Below the pieces are notes generated by a model that was given only the letters and a program-made list of their open reading frames with translations, was not told where the DNA came from and made no database searches. This document shows, piece by piece, positions 1 to 27,060 of a DNA stretch of 64,000 nucleotides. The stretch's first letter is position 1. Each line of letters begins with the position of its first letter. Location: assembly GCA_964057225.1 (NCBI GenBank), contig OZ059899.1:15314001-15378000 (forward strand). Reading direction: 5' to 3'. Both the position numbers and the translations under genes were made by a program. Source of the stretch: Auanema rhodensis (Eukaryota > Animalia > Nematoda).

Positions 1-65
1 CACGTACTACACTCACGTATTGCACGTACGATGTTCGCGTACTACACTCACGTACTAGACGTACA
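1..65. repeat. Right end of an ACGT-rich minisatellite (~35-bp period) inside a GPCR intron
   Basis: cgtactacactcacgta occurs at 3-19 and 38-54, with further cacgta/acgtac words; truncated by the window edge. Confidence 0.55.
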
Positions 66-164
66 CATATTATTTTTGCATTTTTTATTTATAATTAGCG
101 GTTGTATTCAATTAGTCTATCACAAATCATAAATTAGAAGAATAATAATTTTTTTTCTTTTCAG

Positions 165-2435
165 GCTTGTTGTTGGTGTTAGCTTTGAACGTGTTGTAGG
201 AGTCCGATGGCCGTTGCATCAGCTATCAAAGCCGTCAGGCCGACGGTTAGCTTCAGGTAATTCAAATATGCAATTGATTATATAAAAAACTTGTTTTGTA
301 TGATTATGGGGGGATTGTTTTTGATTTTTCTTTTTTTTTGCACAAAAAATATGATTTTAGTCGAATCATATTACTATTCTTTATTAGATTATATTAATTG
401 AAACATAAAAGGAATATACACACACATATATCTATATATATATATATAGTATATAATATAACTAACTATATGTAAATTATTTTTTTAAAATAAAAAATAG
501 ATAGAACATAAAATAAAATAAATTATAATAAGTTAGATATATAAAAAATATAATTGTTATGCAACATTTTTTTCTTGTTTTTATTCTTATTTTATATATT
601 ATAGGTTTAATATTATTAATGTCAGCATGTGCTATGCTTACATTCTATGATCATGTATCACATCATTGTGTTACAAAATCTCTTTGTAATCATACACAAT
701 TAATATCTACATGTTTAGATGTAGATTTAGAAGTGTAAGTTTATTTATTTATTTTATTTTTTTAAATTATTTTAATAATATTTTTTATTTTATTTTAAAT
801 AATACAATTTCAGATGGCATGGCAATCGTACTAATTGGACACCACCGTTTCTCAGACGATATGTACGATGGGCACGTGCAGCTCATGTCGTATTTGTGCT
901 CATAATTCCATTAATATTACTCATTATTCTTAATGTATTTTTACTTTATTATGTAAAAAATAGGTAATATATTTATATATATATATTTATTATTTTATTA
1001 TAATTACAGATCATTTTTCATGTATGCTTCTTTGGGAAAGGTTACAGAGCGTCTGCGTAAACCAGGAAATCCAACATTACCTTGCGTTGGAACGCTGTTT
1101 CGACGTCACAGTGACCAGGTATGAGTCTTTAAAAATGTTTTAAATATATATTTATTCATTTATAATCAATATATTTGTTTATAACTAACCATGGTAGGAG
1201 GCGGGGCGTTTGGTACACTTTTGCTCATCCCATTTTAAATTGAAAAAAATAATTAATCAACGGTCAAAAAAACAAATAAATTTATTAGATAAACTTGATT
1301 CTTATTTTTTTCAATTTGTTTCAAGTTTTTTTGTCTGTTTGGGAAATACCCATAAATAGCAGATCCTACAAACCTGAGATTGAGCAATCTCGTGCATACA
1401 TCAAGCTTGGGTAAGCCCCAATTTGTTAAACGCGCTCTAATATTAATCAAATTAAAAAAAAAGAGGGATGAATGAAAATATACTATCTATATTATATAGT
1501 TAATGTCTAATAATATAAGTTAAAGAAAAGCTATGTATTTGAAGTCTAAGCGTTTTGTATTAATTATCGTCTGACTATTCGTTAGTATAACTATAATTTA
1601 CCAAAAATATTTTTTTTCTTATGTAATATTTAAGTTTGCCTGTTTAACTATTCTTTGTTTTATTAAAAAAATATAATTTATTTTCTTTTTTAATTAAAAT
1701 ATTGATTAAAAACTATTGTCTTAACAGGTTCCGATACGTCCACTAACCGTAAGTATTTTTTTTCTGGACATAATGCCTTGTAGTTGTATTTTAAATTCTT
1801 TGACACACATAGTTAAATATATATATATTTTTTATTCAAAATATATATAATAGATTTCACTGATTAGTATAGTTTAATATAGTTAAATTTTGGTTTTCTT
1901 TTCTTGTCTTTGTCTTCCCTACATACATACATGTGTTTATGTCAATGTTTTGTCATTTGTCGTTTGTCTGTCTTGTCGTTGATTCACCTATGTATCAAAC
2001 ACATAAGTAACTATACATATATAGTTACTTATGTGTATGTTTATATATATATGTGCTTACATCTTATTAATAATCAGCTACATATAATCAACGTATCCGC
2101 TGCACTTTTTTTTTATTGCCAATTTATATTAATTTCCTTTTTTTTAACACATTTTTAACAACAAAAGCTATTCTTTTTTTCTTAAATAAAATAGAAATAT
2201 TCAAATATTTGCAGATTTTGCAGCAAAAAACGGAACATCGTGTTGCTGTTACTGTTTGTGCTGTTGTTACTTCGTTCACAATAACACAGGTAAACCATTA
2301 TTTATGAGTTATATCTTTTCTCATTTGACACTTTCTCATTTAAAACTCTTTTTTTCAAACATTTTTCATGTAAAAAAAAATATGTTTTATATGAATAAAG
2401 TCTGATATGAATATATATTATATTATATACATATA

Positions 2436-2479
<44 letters not shown>

Positions 2480-5400
2480 GTTTAGTTATATAAATCTTGA
2501 AAATTTTTGAAAAATTTCTTTAAAAATAATATATATTTATAAAGGAAAATATAGTGGTAACTGCAAAGCCATGCGTCATCGTAAATTTTGTTCAATCAAC
2601 CTTTTCTTGAAAAATCATTTTTCAGGCTCCATCTGCAGTAAATTTATGTATTAATACACTATGGCCAGATTTCAAAAATAACATTCATTGGAAGAATGAA
2701 TGGTTTGTTCTTTATTTTATTATAATTAAACTATATAATTAATAATGAAACTTATTTAATGAAATTAAGTAACAAAAATGATCTGAAAATCAAAATGAAG
2801 TTCAAATAACAGTTCAAATTGATTAAAATTCTTCTTTTTTTTTGTCAAAGTCATCATATATAGTTAATTATTCGAGCACAATGATTGAATTCATTCAAAG
2901 CTTACATAGATAGATGTTTCAATGAGTTTTTATAATATCACTGAACTTCCGTTAGATGTTACCAGACGTCTATTTATTAATTATATAGTATATAATATAC
3001 CAAAATCTATATTTGAATAGTTAATACCATAAGTTTTGAACGCGAAAAATTAATCAAGAACCTATTTCCTCATATAATAACATTTATTCATTATGAATTT
3101 TATAATATCGGTTTCACATAATTAACTTTAAAAAACTTGTTTTATATAATTTTGAATAATTTATAAAACAAACAGCTTGATTAATCATATTAACAACATT
3201 TCTTTAATAATTATTTTAAAGAAATAATATATTAGCTGTGCGCAAAAGTTTCCGTCCCTTCTCTCGCCCACACGAATCCGTTTCATATTTTTGAAATGTT
3301 TGTTCAAAAACTTTTGCGCATACCTAATATTTTTTTTTGTTTTATGAACGAGATCCTGTCGTTGAAAATATTGTATTATTCTTGAATATAATACCAAAAT
3401 CTTGTTTAACTTTTGCTTTATATGGCTTATGAAGAAATAAAAGGCAAGTTACACTAACAATACCATCAAGTGAAGCTCCACTAAATGTAAAATATAAAAT
3501 TCCTATAATTCCTATATTATAATTAATTTTATTTAGATAATATAATACCTCTTGGTGCTACTATATTAAAAAAGAATATATAACTATAAATAATTCCGGG
3601 AACAATATGTAATATAGTTGGAACTAAGATCTAAACATTCATTAGAATTTAAATATTCATTTTTGGCGCCTTTTGCTAACCTGTACTAAGAGATTTAATA
3701 GTAATCGAAATTGCATTTTCTTTGTTCGATTACTAAGATTTAAAGAATTTTTGTTTAAATAATAAACAGAAAAAGCTAAGAATAATAATGATGTTAATGT
3801 TAAAACTATACATGTAGATAACATTAATACTAACGTTGTATATAATATATCAGATGATGGTATATATGCCAACTTATACTGTCCCATTAGAGAAACAAAT
3901 TCTGGACATACCTAAAGAATAAGAAATTCAATTATTATATTATATATATATATTTATATTTTGAATAATTACCGATATAAGTTGTGAAGTAGCATCTTCC
4001 TCATCATATTCAGCTGATATTAAGGTTGCTGATATAGGATAGAATGATATACTTAATACAAGATAAATTAATAGTAAAATATGTGCTAGTTTAGGTATAG
4101 ACTGTCCATACATACATATATACATACGGTGTAAAGCTAATACAGAACCCATAGCTACAGAAAATGATTGTATAAATGTTTCAATTGATGAATCATACAT
4201 TGGACCTATAGATAAAAATCCAAAAGAAACATATATCATAGCTGGCATATAACCATAATTTATCTAAAAAAACAAATAATATTCTATATATAATTTTAAA
4301 AAAAATTAAATCATACACAAAATGTATTGAATAGTGAACAAGCAGCTATAGCAGTAGTAAATATATACATATATCTCTTATATTGTTTATCCATATGTGC
4401 TATATGTACATTATATAATATATAATAAGCATATAAGATAAGAGGTATAGTTAGGATTCCAATAGCATAATGTAATGGTACATACCATTCAGCAGGAAGT
4501 TCAGCTCGCGCTGGACATTCCGCCATCGCAATAACTGAATTCTATCTAATTGTTTCGTGATTTCAAGTTTATTCACATGAATACACATAATAATATTAAA
4601 TTAATATATTACATCTGTTAACTATATCTATCTATAACAAAAATAATTGATTGAGATTATAATATTATCAGGTGATAACTGTGATAAAAGAATCTGCAAA
4701 TTTATTATTTAATCATCAGCTGAGTAAAAAGTCGTTAGAAATCGAAAGAAGCTTATAATATATTATTATATAGTTAACTAGAAATATTATGTACTTTTGA
4801 AATTAGTGAACTGTTCACAAAAATTTGCATATTCATTTTGATCTTATTTTTAAATATTAAATTGATATAATCGGTTGTATATATGTATAGCTTATATGAT
4901 GACGTCATAATTAGCATACCTATTTGTAAACATTTCGAATAATATAAATAATCTTTAATCAATTATATAATTATAATATATTATTGTATTTAATTATAAT
5001 TAATTTTAAACATTTTTTTTTAATATATTTAACTATGCTAATTATAATTATATTATAGGTACACATTACAAGTTATAACATCATTTCTGGTTGTCTTCGG
5101 CAAAAGCTTCAATTTTGTTGTTTTCTGCTTAAGCTCATCAAGCTTTCGTCAACGTCTTCTAGTCAGCCTTCGATCCAAATATGGCCTCAAGGATGATAAC
5201 AGCAATAAGTATGTAGCTGTACGGACAGCAGTTTGTCCAGCTACTATGTCGTCACGAAAATCGAGGGGGTGAGATTGATCTGGCATGACTATACCGATCT
5301 CTCTTTCCTGTCTTTTATTGTTTCTCCCTTTTTTTTTCACCTCGTCTACTACATCATACCATTTTAATTATTTGAGCTTAATTATAAATATATTTATATC

Positions 5401-6817
5401 ATATAGCTAACTATAATGCTCAACTATTAATCTATATGATATAGTATATGAAAATACATATTATGTATACGTTTCACTGGGATATATTCCAGATTTAAAT
5501 CATTTTCAATTTGCCATTTGAAGAAAGAAACGTTCTTCATCTTCATCTTATGTAGTTTCCAATATCAGCAGGCCAACTTTAGACAAGTAGCTTTGCCTGA
5601 AAGTTTCCAACCTTGTTCCAACCTTAAAACTTTGTTTGGTGTCTCTCTATCAATTGAGAAAATTCAATCGACAATCACAAAAACTTCATTTTTCATTTCG
5701 CTTTCCACTTCCATAGCTATAACTATTGACCACATGACAACTCTTCCATCCAATATCCAATTTTCAGGATCAAAAAAATAAAATTCTTCTTCCTCAGTCA
5801 TTTATCTGATTTTTAAACTTTTTTTTTTGAAATGATTGAAAAAGAAATGAAATATATCAATCAATATGCTTAATTATGTCATTTTTATTATTATAACTAT
5901 AACTTGTAAATATTATTTTTACATAATTAATAATAATAATAAGTTATATTATACTTTATGTGTGCTGGATTTTGTTTTTTTTTTGTTTTTCAACTACAGG
6001 AGTTCAAACACGACTTACCTCAACATGTTTGTTCTAAGTTTCAGCATCGAAAGTATCAAAGGATTTTGGATAATTCACGTATATCTCCACGTGATAATTT
6101 TTATTTTCACGTCAAAATGACGCATAATGCGGTTGGTTTTCGAAGATCCAGCTGCAACTGTAGGCACAAACACATTTCGCTTTCTCTTCTTCTTCTTCTT
6201 TCGTTTTCTTTTCTTTTGCTTCTTACTGTTTTTCTTATTTTCTCAAAAAAAAGTATAGCGAATTCATTTAGTGTTTTCTGGATATTTTCCTTTAAAATCT
6301 GAGATATTATCTCAGTTACCATATCCGAATTTCAAAATTTCGAATTCATAGACATTTAAAAATAGATGAAAATTGTTCATCTTGATGATGTATTGCTGTC
6401 TATTTAAGGAATTACGTCACATATAATTAAAATGCTCACTTAGCGTATGATTTCTTTCAAGAAGGCTGATGACATTCTCAATAGAGCATAAATTCATCTG
6501 AATGTCCTCTTTATGCTTGTAGTCGGTGTCTACTAGTAGATCTAGCTGTAATCTTGTTTCACACATGCACACGTATCTTTATCACCTCCTCATCGTGCTT
6601 CTCCTACTTTTCTTTATAAAACTATAACTATATTAAATCACCAGCTCATTCACTTTCCTACACATCTATCTATGCATATTATAATTTTTTATTTTTAAGT
6701 AATAACTAATCAATATATGATTTCAGACGGTGCCAATCGGTTAATACACAATATACTCGATGTGACAGCCGAGATTCACGGGTTCTATCAGCAAAAAAAT
6801 CATTTCAAAGCATTTAA
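165..6817 (+). CDS. Class A (rhodopsin-like) neuropeptide-receptor-type GPCR, 5'-partial (TM3 to C-tail)
   Basis: Phase-compatible GT-AG exons: 165-256 (LVVGVSFERVVGVRWPL, TM3/ERY-like motif), 605-734, 814-963 (TM5 IIPLILLIILNVFLL), 1010-1118, 1728-1748 (microexon), 2215-2289 (EHRVAVTVCAVVTSFTITQ, TM6), 2626-2702 (APSA...), 5059-5208 (GKSFNFVVFCLSSSSFRQRL, TM7/helix 8), probable last exon 6727-6817 (RCQSVNTQYTRCDSRDSRVLSAKKSFQSI*). The choice of last exon is less certain. Confidence 0.85.
2443..2475. repeat. (AT)n microsatellite
   Basis: Perfect AT dinucleotide run in a GPCR intron. Confidence 0.9.
3232..3327. mobile_element. 96-bp Tc1/mariner-type MITE
   Basis: Terminal inverted repeats TTAGCTGTGCGCAAAAGTTT / AAACTTTTGCGCATACCTAA (18/20 match, 13-bp perfect core), flanked by TA at 3230-3231 and 3328-3329. 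The TTAGGT...CAAAAGT end resembles mariner TIRs such as Hsmar1/MADE1. Confidence 0.75.
3342..4526 (-). CDS. Serpentine chemoreceptor, Srh family (Str superfamily), nested antisense in a GPCR intron
   Basis: Exons 4526-4317, 4263-3973, 3911-3681, 3630-3549 and 3511 (or 3502)-3342 join in frame to ~325 aa with ~7 hydrophobic segments. Motifs LSNRTKKMQFRLLLNLLVQ (S..T..MQ......L..Q) and C-terminal DGIVSVTCLLFLHKPYK (cf. the Srh HG..ST......HKPYR signature). Intact ATG and TAA. Confidence 0.88.
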
Positions 6818-7469
6818 TTTGATACAAACTTTGGCTTTTTTCATCATCTGATCAATCATCAGCAGCAGCACTCTTAGCAGCATCATCATCATTACTATCA
6901 TCTATCATCATCTTCTAGTGTGTGTATATGTTGATATTTAACATTTAATTCTTGTTTCATCTATTGTATTTAACATTTATATCTTTTTCTCTTAATTATT
7001 TAATTATATACTATATAGTATAGTTAATATATACTAAAAGTAGACATTTTGTTTTAAAACATTGATTGATTGATTGAGTATATTTCTGAAAAATGACCAA
7101 AAAAGGGCTGCATTATAATATTCATAATAATAACAAGTTATATATAGTATATAGTATATAGTATATAGTATATATATATATATATACAAATATTAAGATT
7201 ATAAGAATAATCATAATTAATATTATTATTCAAAATGAGCCAATTTCTCTAATGATCTACCTTTGTCACACTTCTCAAACTCTTGGTTGTTCAATTTTTA
7301 TTTTAAATGTTATTGTATATTATGTATCATCATCATCATCATCAATATATATATTATATATTTTTTTTATTTTATCAACCAAACAAACTTTTCTGCTGCT
7401 GACCAATTATCTTTTGCCAGCTCTCACACATTGTATCAGTCTTTTTGTAAATTTTTCATGTTGTAATTC

Positions 7470-7870
7470 TTATTTTTCTTTATATAAACTAACTAATCTC
7501 TCTTTCTTTTTTCCTCTTTCTCTTTCTCTCTCTTTCTCTCTCTCTCTATCTCTCTTTCTTGAAATATTTTCCACAAAACTCTTCCTCTTCCTAACTTCAA
7601 AAGCAATGATAGGTTCGATTAATTGTGAAGATAATGAGAAATGTCTACTCATGGCTTCTTGTCGTCGCTCATCTTTTTTTCTTTCAAATCTTTCACAAAT
7701 GATTATCAATTGAAACGTGTTTACATCAACTACAAGAAAACATTTTCTTCAAATTATTATTATTTATCTTTGATTTTCTTATCATTTTTACCGATTCGAC
7801 TAATGTTCATATATCGGGTTAGGATAGGAAGGGTAAAGTGAGGTCCACGAGGTGTGAAGAAGATTCCCAT
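7470..7870 (-). CDS. Candidate small orphan gene (2+ exons)
   Basis: tttcag|acATG at 7870; exon 7870-7792; 62-nt intron (gtaaaa...ttttcttgtag); exon 2 from 7729 continues in frame into ORF 7470..7709 (MGIFFTPRGPHFTLPILTRYMNISRIVDVNTFQLIIICERFERKKDERRQEAM...). No recognisable homology, and the 3' part is GA-microsatellite derived. Confidence 0.3.
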
Positions 7871-8155
7871 GTCTGAAATTGTCGTTCAATTCTCTTCATT
7901 TACAGCTCAAACTATATTAAACCATACACATATAATAGCATAAATAAATATTATTTACATATATATTTATAATATATAAATATAAATATATAAGTTTTTT
8001 TCTGGTTTATAAGCACATCATACAAACATTCATCCAAATACGTATGTATATGCACACAATTTTCATCATTTTCAATCAAACACTTCTGAAATTTCGATTT
8101 GAAAAAAAAATCTTTTTCCATTTTCATTCACTTCTCATGATCTCTCGCCCCCCCC

Positions 8156-8199
<44 letters not shown>

Positions 8200-10721
8200 A
8201 GTTTATCTTTCTATGTTCCCAGTTTTTGACTCCCTTGCTCTCTTTTACTCAATTATGTTAGTTTTTCCCCTGTATTTAGCCTTTATCTTTCATTTGAATT
8301 GAATACGATGTATGTTTTGTAAATAATCCAATGTATAAACTATTTCAATTTGGATAGATAAACCATTTTTCAGTTATTTTTAAGTTTAATGTATAGCTAT
8401 ATCATATAATATGTGTATATTTTCATATTTTTATATAAAAAAAACAATTTTGTTCTGAGAAACGATGCGCTAACTCATCTTCCAGTCAAGGCTCGCAATG
8501 CTCTTGCTGCTTGCTGACTGATCACGCTCTTCCAATGCGGTGTCCTTCTTTTCTCTCAACTTTCAAAGTTTACATGTTCCATACACACACACACACACAT
8601 AACGTTCTGCTATTTCTATCGTCATATACACAAGGTAAATCGGTTACAAGCTGTAAATGGTACAGAGTGAAACAGAAATTTGATGTCAGAAAATGAATTG
8701 TTGATTTCCGGATGGTGTTGACAACTATGAAATAAGTTTTTATTTTTATATGATTGATCTATTTCCTCAACTAAATACAAAAGCAACTAAGATTCCAAAA
8801 GCATTGCTCATATAAATCAGAATTAAATAATATTTTGACAATTTGAGGAAATATATTGACCATTCTTTATTATGAAATTTGATTATTTTAGGAAATTGGC
8901 CATCATACATCTATTTCTTTTATTTTCTTATTTTCCATTTCTTTTTATACATATACACACTTATATATATATTTCCTTATCATTGTAATAATATAGATCT
9001 TAAGAGCATTATCAGAAACTTGAATTATAAAAAAAACTTAAATCAAATTTGAAAATGAGCTCCAATCATAACGACTGTTGTATACAAATTGACCTGTTAA
9101 CAATAAATAATAACTACTTCCGGGGAGGGGAAGGGATTGCGCAGACACAGAGTAGTATGTAGAAATGATTATTGATCCATTTTTTATCTTTTTATCCATT
9201 TTTTTATAATATTTTCATATAATACTACTATTTTCTTATTCAGTCTTGTATGCTTATTACTAATATTGACCTTTTTTCTGTCATTTTTTAACCCATTCCA
9301 AGCTTTGGTATGGGGCTAAAGCCCAAGAGATTAAATGTTTTTGCTATCGTCTCCGCTCTCGTCGTCGGCTCATCATAATCTGCTTTGTCTTGCGAACTAA
9401 TCGTATCATGTATGAATCGTTTTCTGCTGTTTTTGCAATTTTTGTTTAATTTTAAAAATGTTCTTTATCTCTCCTATGTCGCTCTTTGTCTTTTTTTTTT
9501 CACACGTACACACATGTTAGCTGTTTTCTTGTACATGCTCTTCATTTCGAACGGTCATCATATGCACATTGTGAAGTCGTCCATGATGATGACAATTGCA
9601 TTGCAACTGTAATTTGAGTTTGGTATGCCACGTTCGTATTCATCCTCCTTCTTCAACCATACTTTCTAGTTTGTTCGTGTTCCTCTCTTTTCTATTCACC
9701 TAGTTGTCATTCCCACTCCACTAAAGTGATGAAAAACGATTTTTCCCACTTTCAACACTAATTTACTCAGAACCTTCAATTTGAATCATCATAATTTGGC
9801 GGGGCGCCTTTATGCCTCCAGTCATGTCTTTTCCATCGTAGGACAACTGATAAGCCGATATGTGATGTTCTACTTTGAAATGATGTATTCAGAAATTTAC
9901 ACAGACACCGATTGATGCTGTCACTTATCACCTATCTCGCATCAAATCGATGATTCGCATTTCCATCATTCTTTTCCATATCTAGCAGTTTTTTTCGTCA
10001 TCACTACTTCAGATACACTATTTTGTTATATTTGTTATAGTTATATATATATATATATATGATGATGACGTGTCTTTAAAATATTTCAAAATTTAATTTT
10101 TTTGTCCGAAAAAATGCTGTGTACCTGTCCTTGTCCTTGCGCTCTTTCTCTGTTCCTCCCTCTATTCCTCTTTTCACACTTCTCTCTCTCTCTCTCCCTC
10201 TTTCTCTCTATCTTTTGTATTCTCTTCTTCTTATTTTTCTCTCCCTCTTTCTCTTTCTCTCTCTCTCTTTACAAAGTCTAAACGTTTTATTGGTAAAAGA
10301 AACAATTAGTCGTTTTCGTGATTCTCTCTTACCGCTTGTTCATCATTAACAATACCATCATTTTCTTCTTCAATCATTTACTTTTCTTCAAAAATTAAGT
10401 TTAACGCAACGTCAAACTTTCACGTTACGTGACTTTGTTGGGTGACGTTTACGTGGCAAAATGCCATTTTTTTGTCCAAATATTTTTATTTTTAAATGTA
10501 TTTTGAGGTATAGCGGTCTGTTTTATTAAATAGTCACAGTTAATTAATGCATTTTTCATTATTTTATATTTCTTTTATTTTTTATTTTCGAATATACTTT
10601 TGATCTATTATATGCATTATTTTAGATTAAAATAAGTTTTTGTTTCTGCCACTATTCTATCACATAAACATAGTCCAGTAAGTATCTCTACCAATTGCTT
10701 GTTCATATATATATAGCTCTA

Positions 10722-10730
10722 TTTTCCAGA

Positions 10731-10733
<3 letters not shown>
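10722..10733 (+). promoter_or_regulatory. Probable SL trans-splice (or 5' UTR intron) acceptor immediately before the putative formin ATG
   Basis: ttttccag|aATG: a nematode-type acceptor 1 nt upstream of the ATG at 10731. Confidence 0.45.
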
Positions 10734-26169
<15,436 letters not shown>

Positions 26170-26267
26170 CAAGATTTTTAGTTTTACCCCTTTCTTCATA
26201 GCTTCAAAACCCTTGTTTTGTGCCATATTTATGGGTTGTATCTTTCACTCGTTCTATTCTCTTTCTG

Positions 26268-26323
<56 letters not shown>

Positions 26324-26994
26324 TCTCTTTATTTGTTTCTTTAACAATTGTTTTAGTCAAAGCCAGCTAATTGTTGAACGTGTAAATGTGTGCCTTTACT
26401 CAATTACTTTGCACAATACTGGTTGATGCTTGCCTCCAACGAAGATATAATTTTTATAAAATCTTATTTATATATACATATAATATATGTATATATAGTA
26501 AATATATATATATCAATATATCTATATTTATATGTATAGTATATAATACATAAAATACATAATGTTTGATGAAAAGCCTGCTTAGAACAAATGTATATGA
26601 TTTTCAGTCTTATTGTTTATATTTTGTTTTTCATTCTCAATCTCTTGAACCAAATAGAGTTATTGTACTTGGTATTCAATTGAATTATATGCCAAATATG
26701 TATTATATACAGAAAATTGATATATCACTATCTCCTATCCTCTCCTCTCTCCCCCCTCCTATCCGGTGACACAAAAGTCAATGTTCATATAATTTTGTTC
26801 AGTTGTATATAGTTTCTTCCTTGCAAATGATTTCAACTTTTTTTTCTCACGCTTGTTTATTCTCTTTATTTCGCATAGTATGGAACATGTTGATTATTCT
26901 TTGCCGCCTCTTACCCGACCCTTCTTCATTTCTATTTTATCCTTTGGCCTTGTGATTTTGCCTGTTATGGTTATTGATATATAATCTATCAGAT

Positions 26995-27000
26995 AATAAA
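26995..27000 (+). terminator. Probable poly(A) signal of the formin
   Basis: AATAAA ~830 nt after the stop codon, followed by a T-rich tract at 27013-27027. Confidence 0.55.
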
Positions 27001-27060
27001 AGATTTATCAATTATTTATTTTTTTTTCGAAAAATAGAAAAATATGATCAAGCTAGCTTC

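Noticed and set aside
1190-1470. GC-richer intronic patch that could be a transposon remnant
   Set aside because: No convincing TIR pair or TSD found by eye.
9288-9335. TTAACCC...GGGCTAAAGCCC...TTAA, a piggyBac-like mini element
   Set aside because: The right end does not match the left TIR; too short and degenerate to support.
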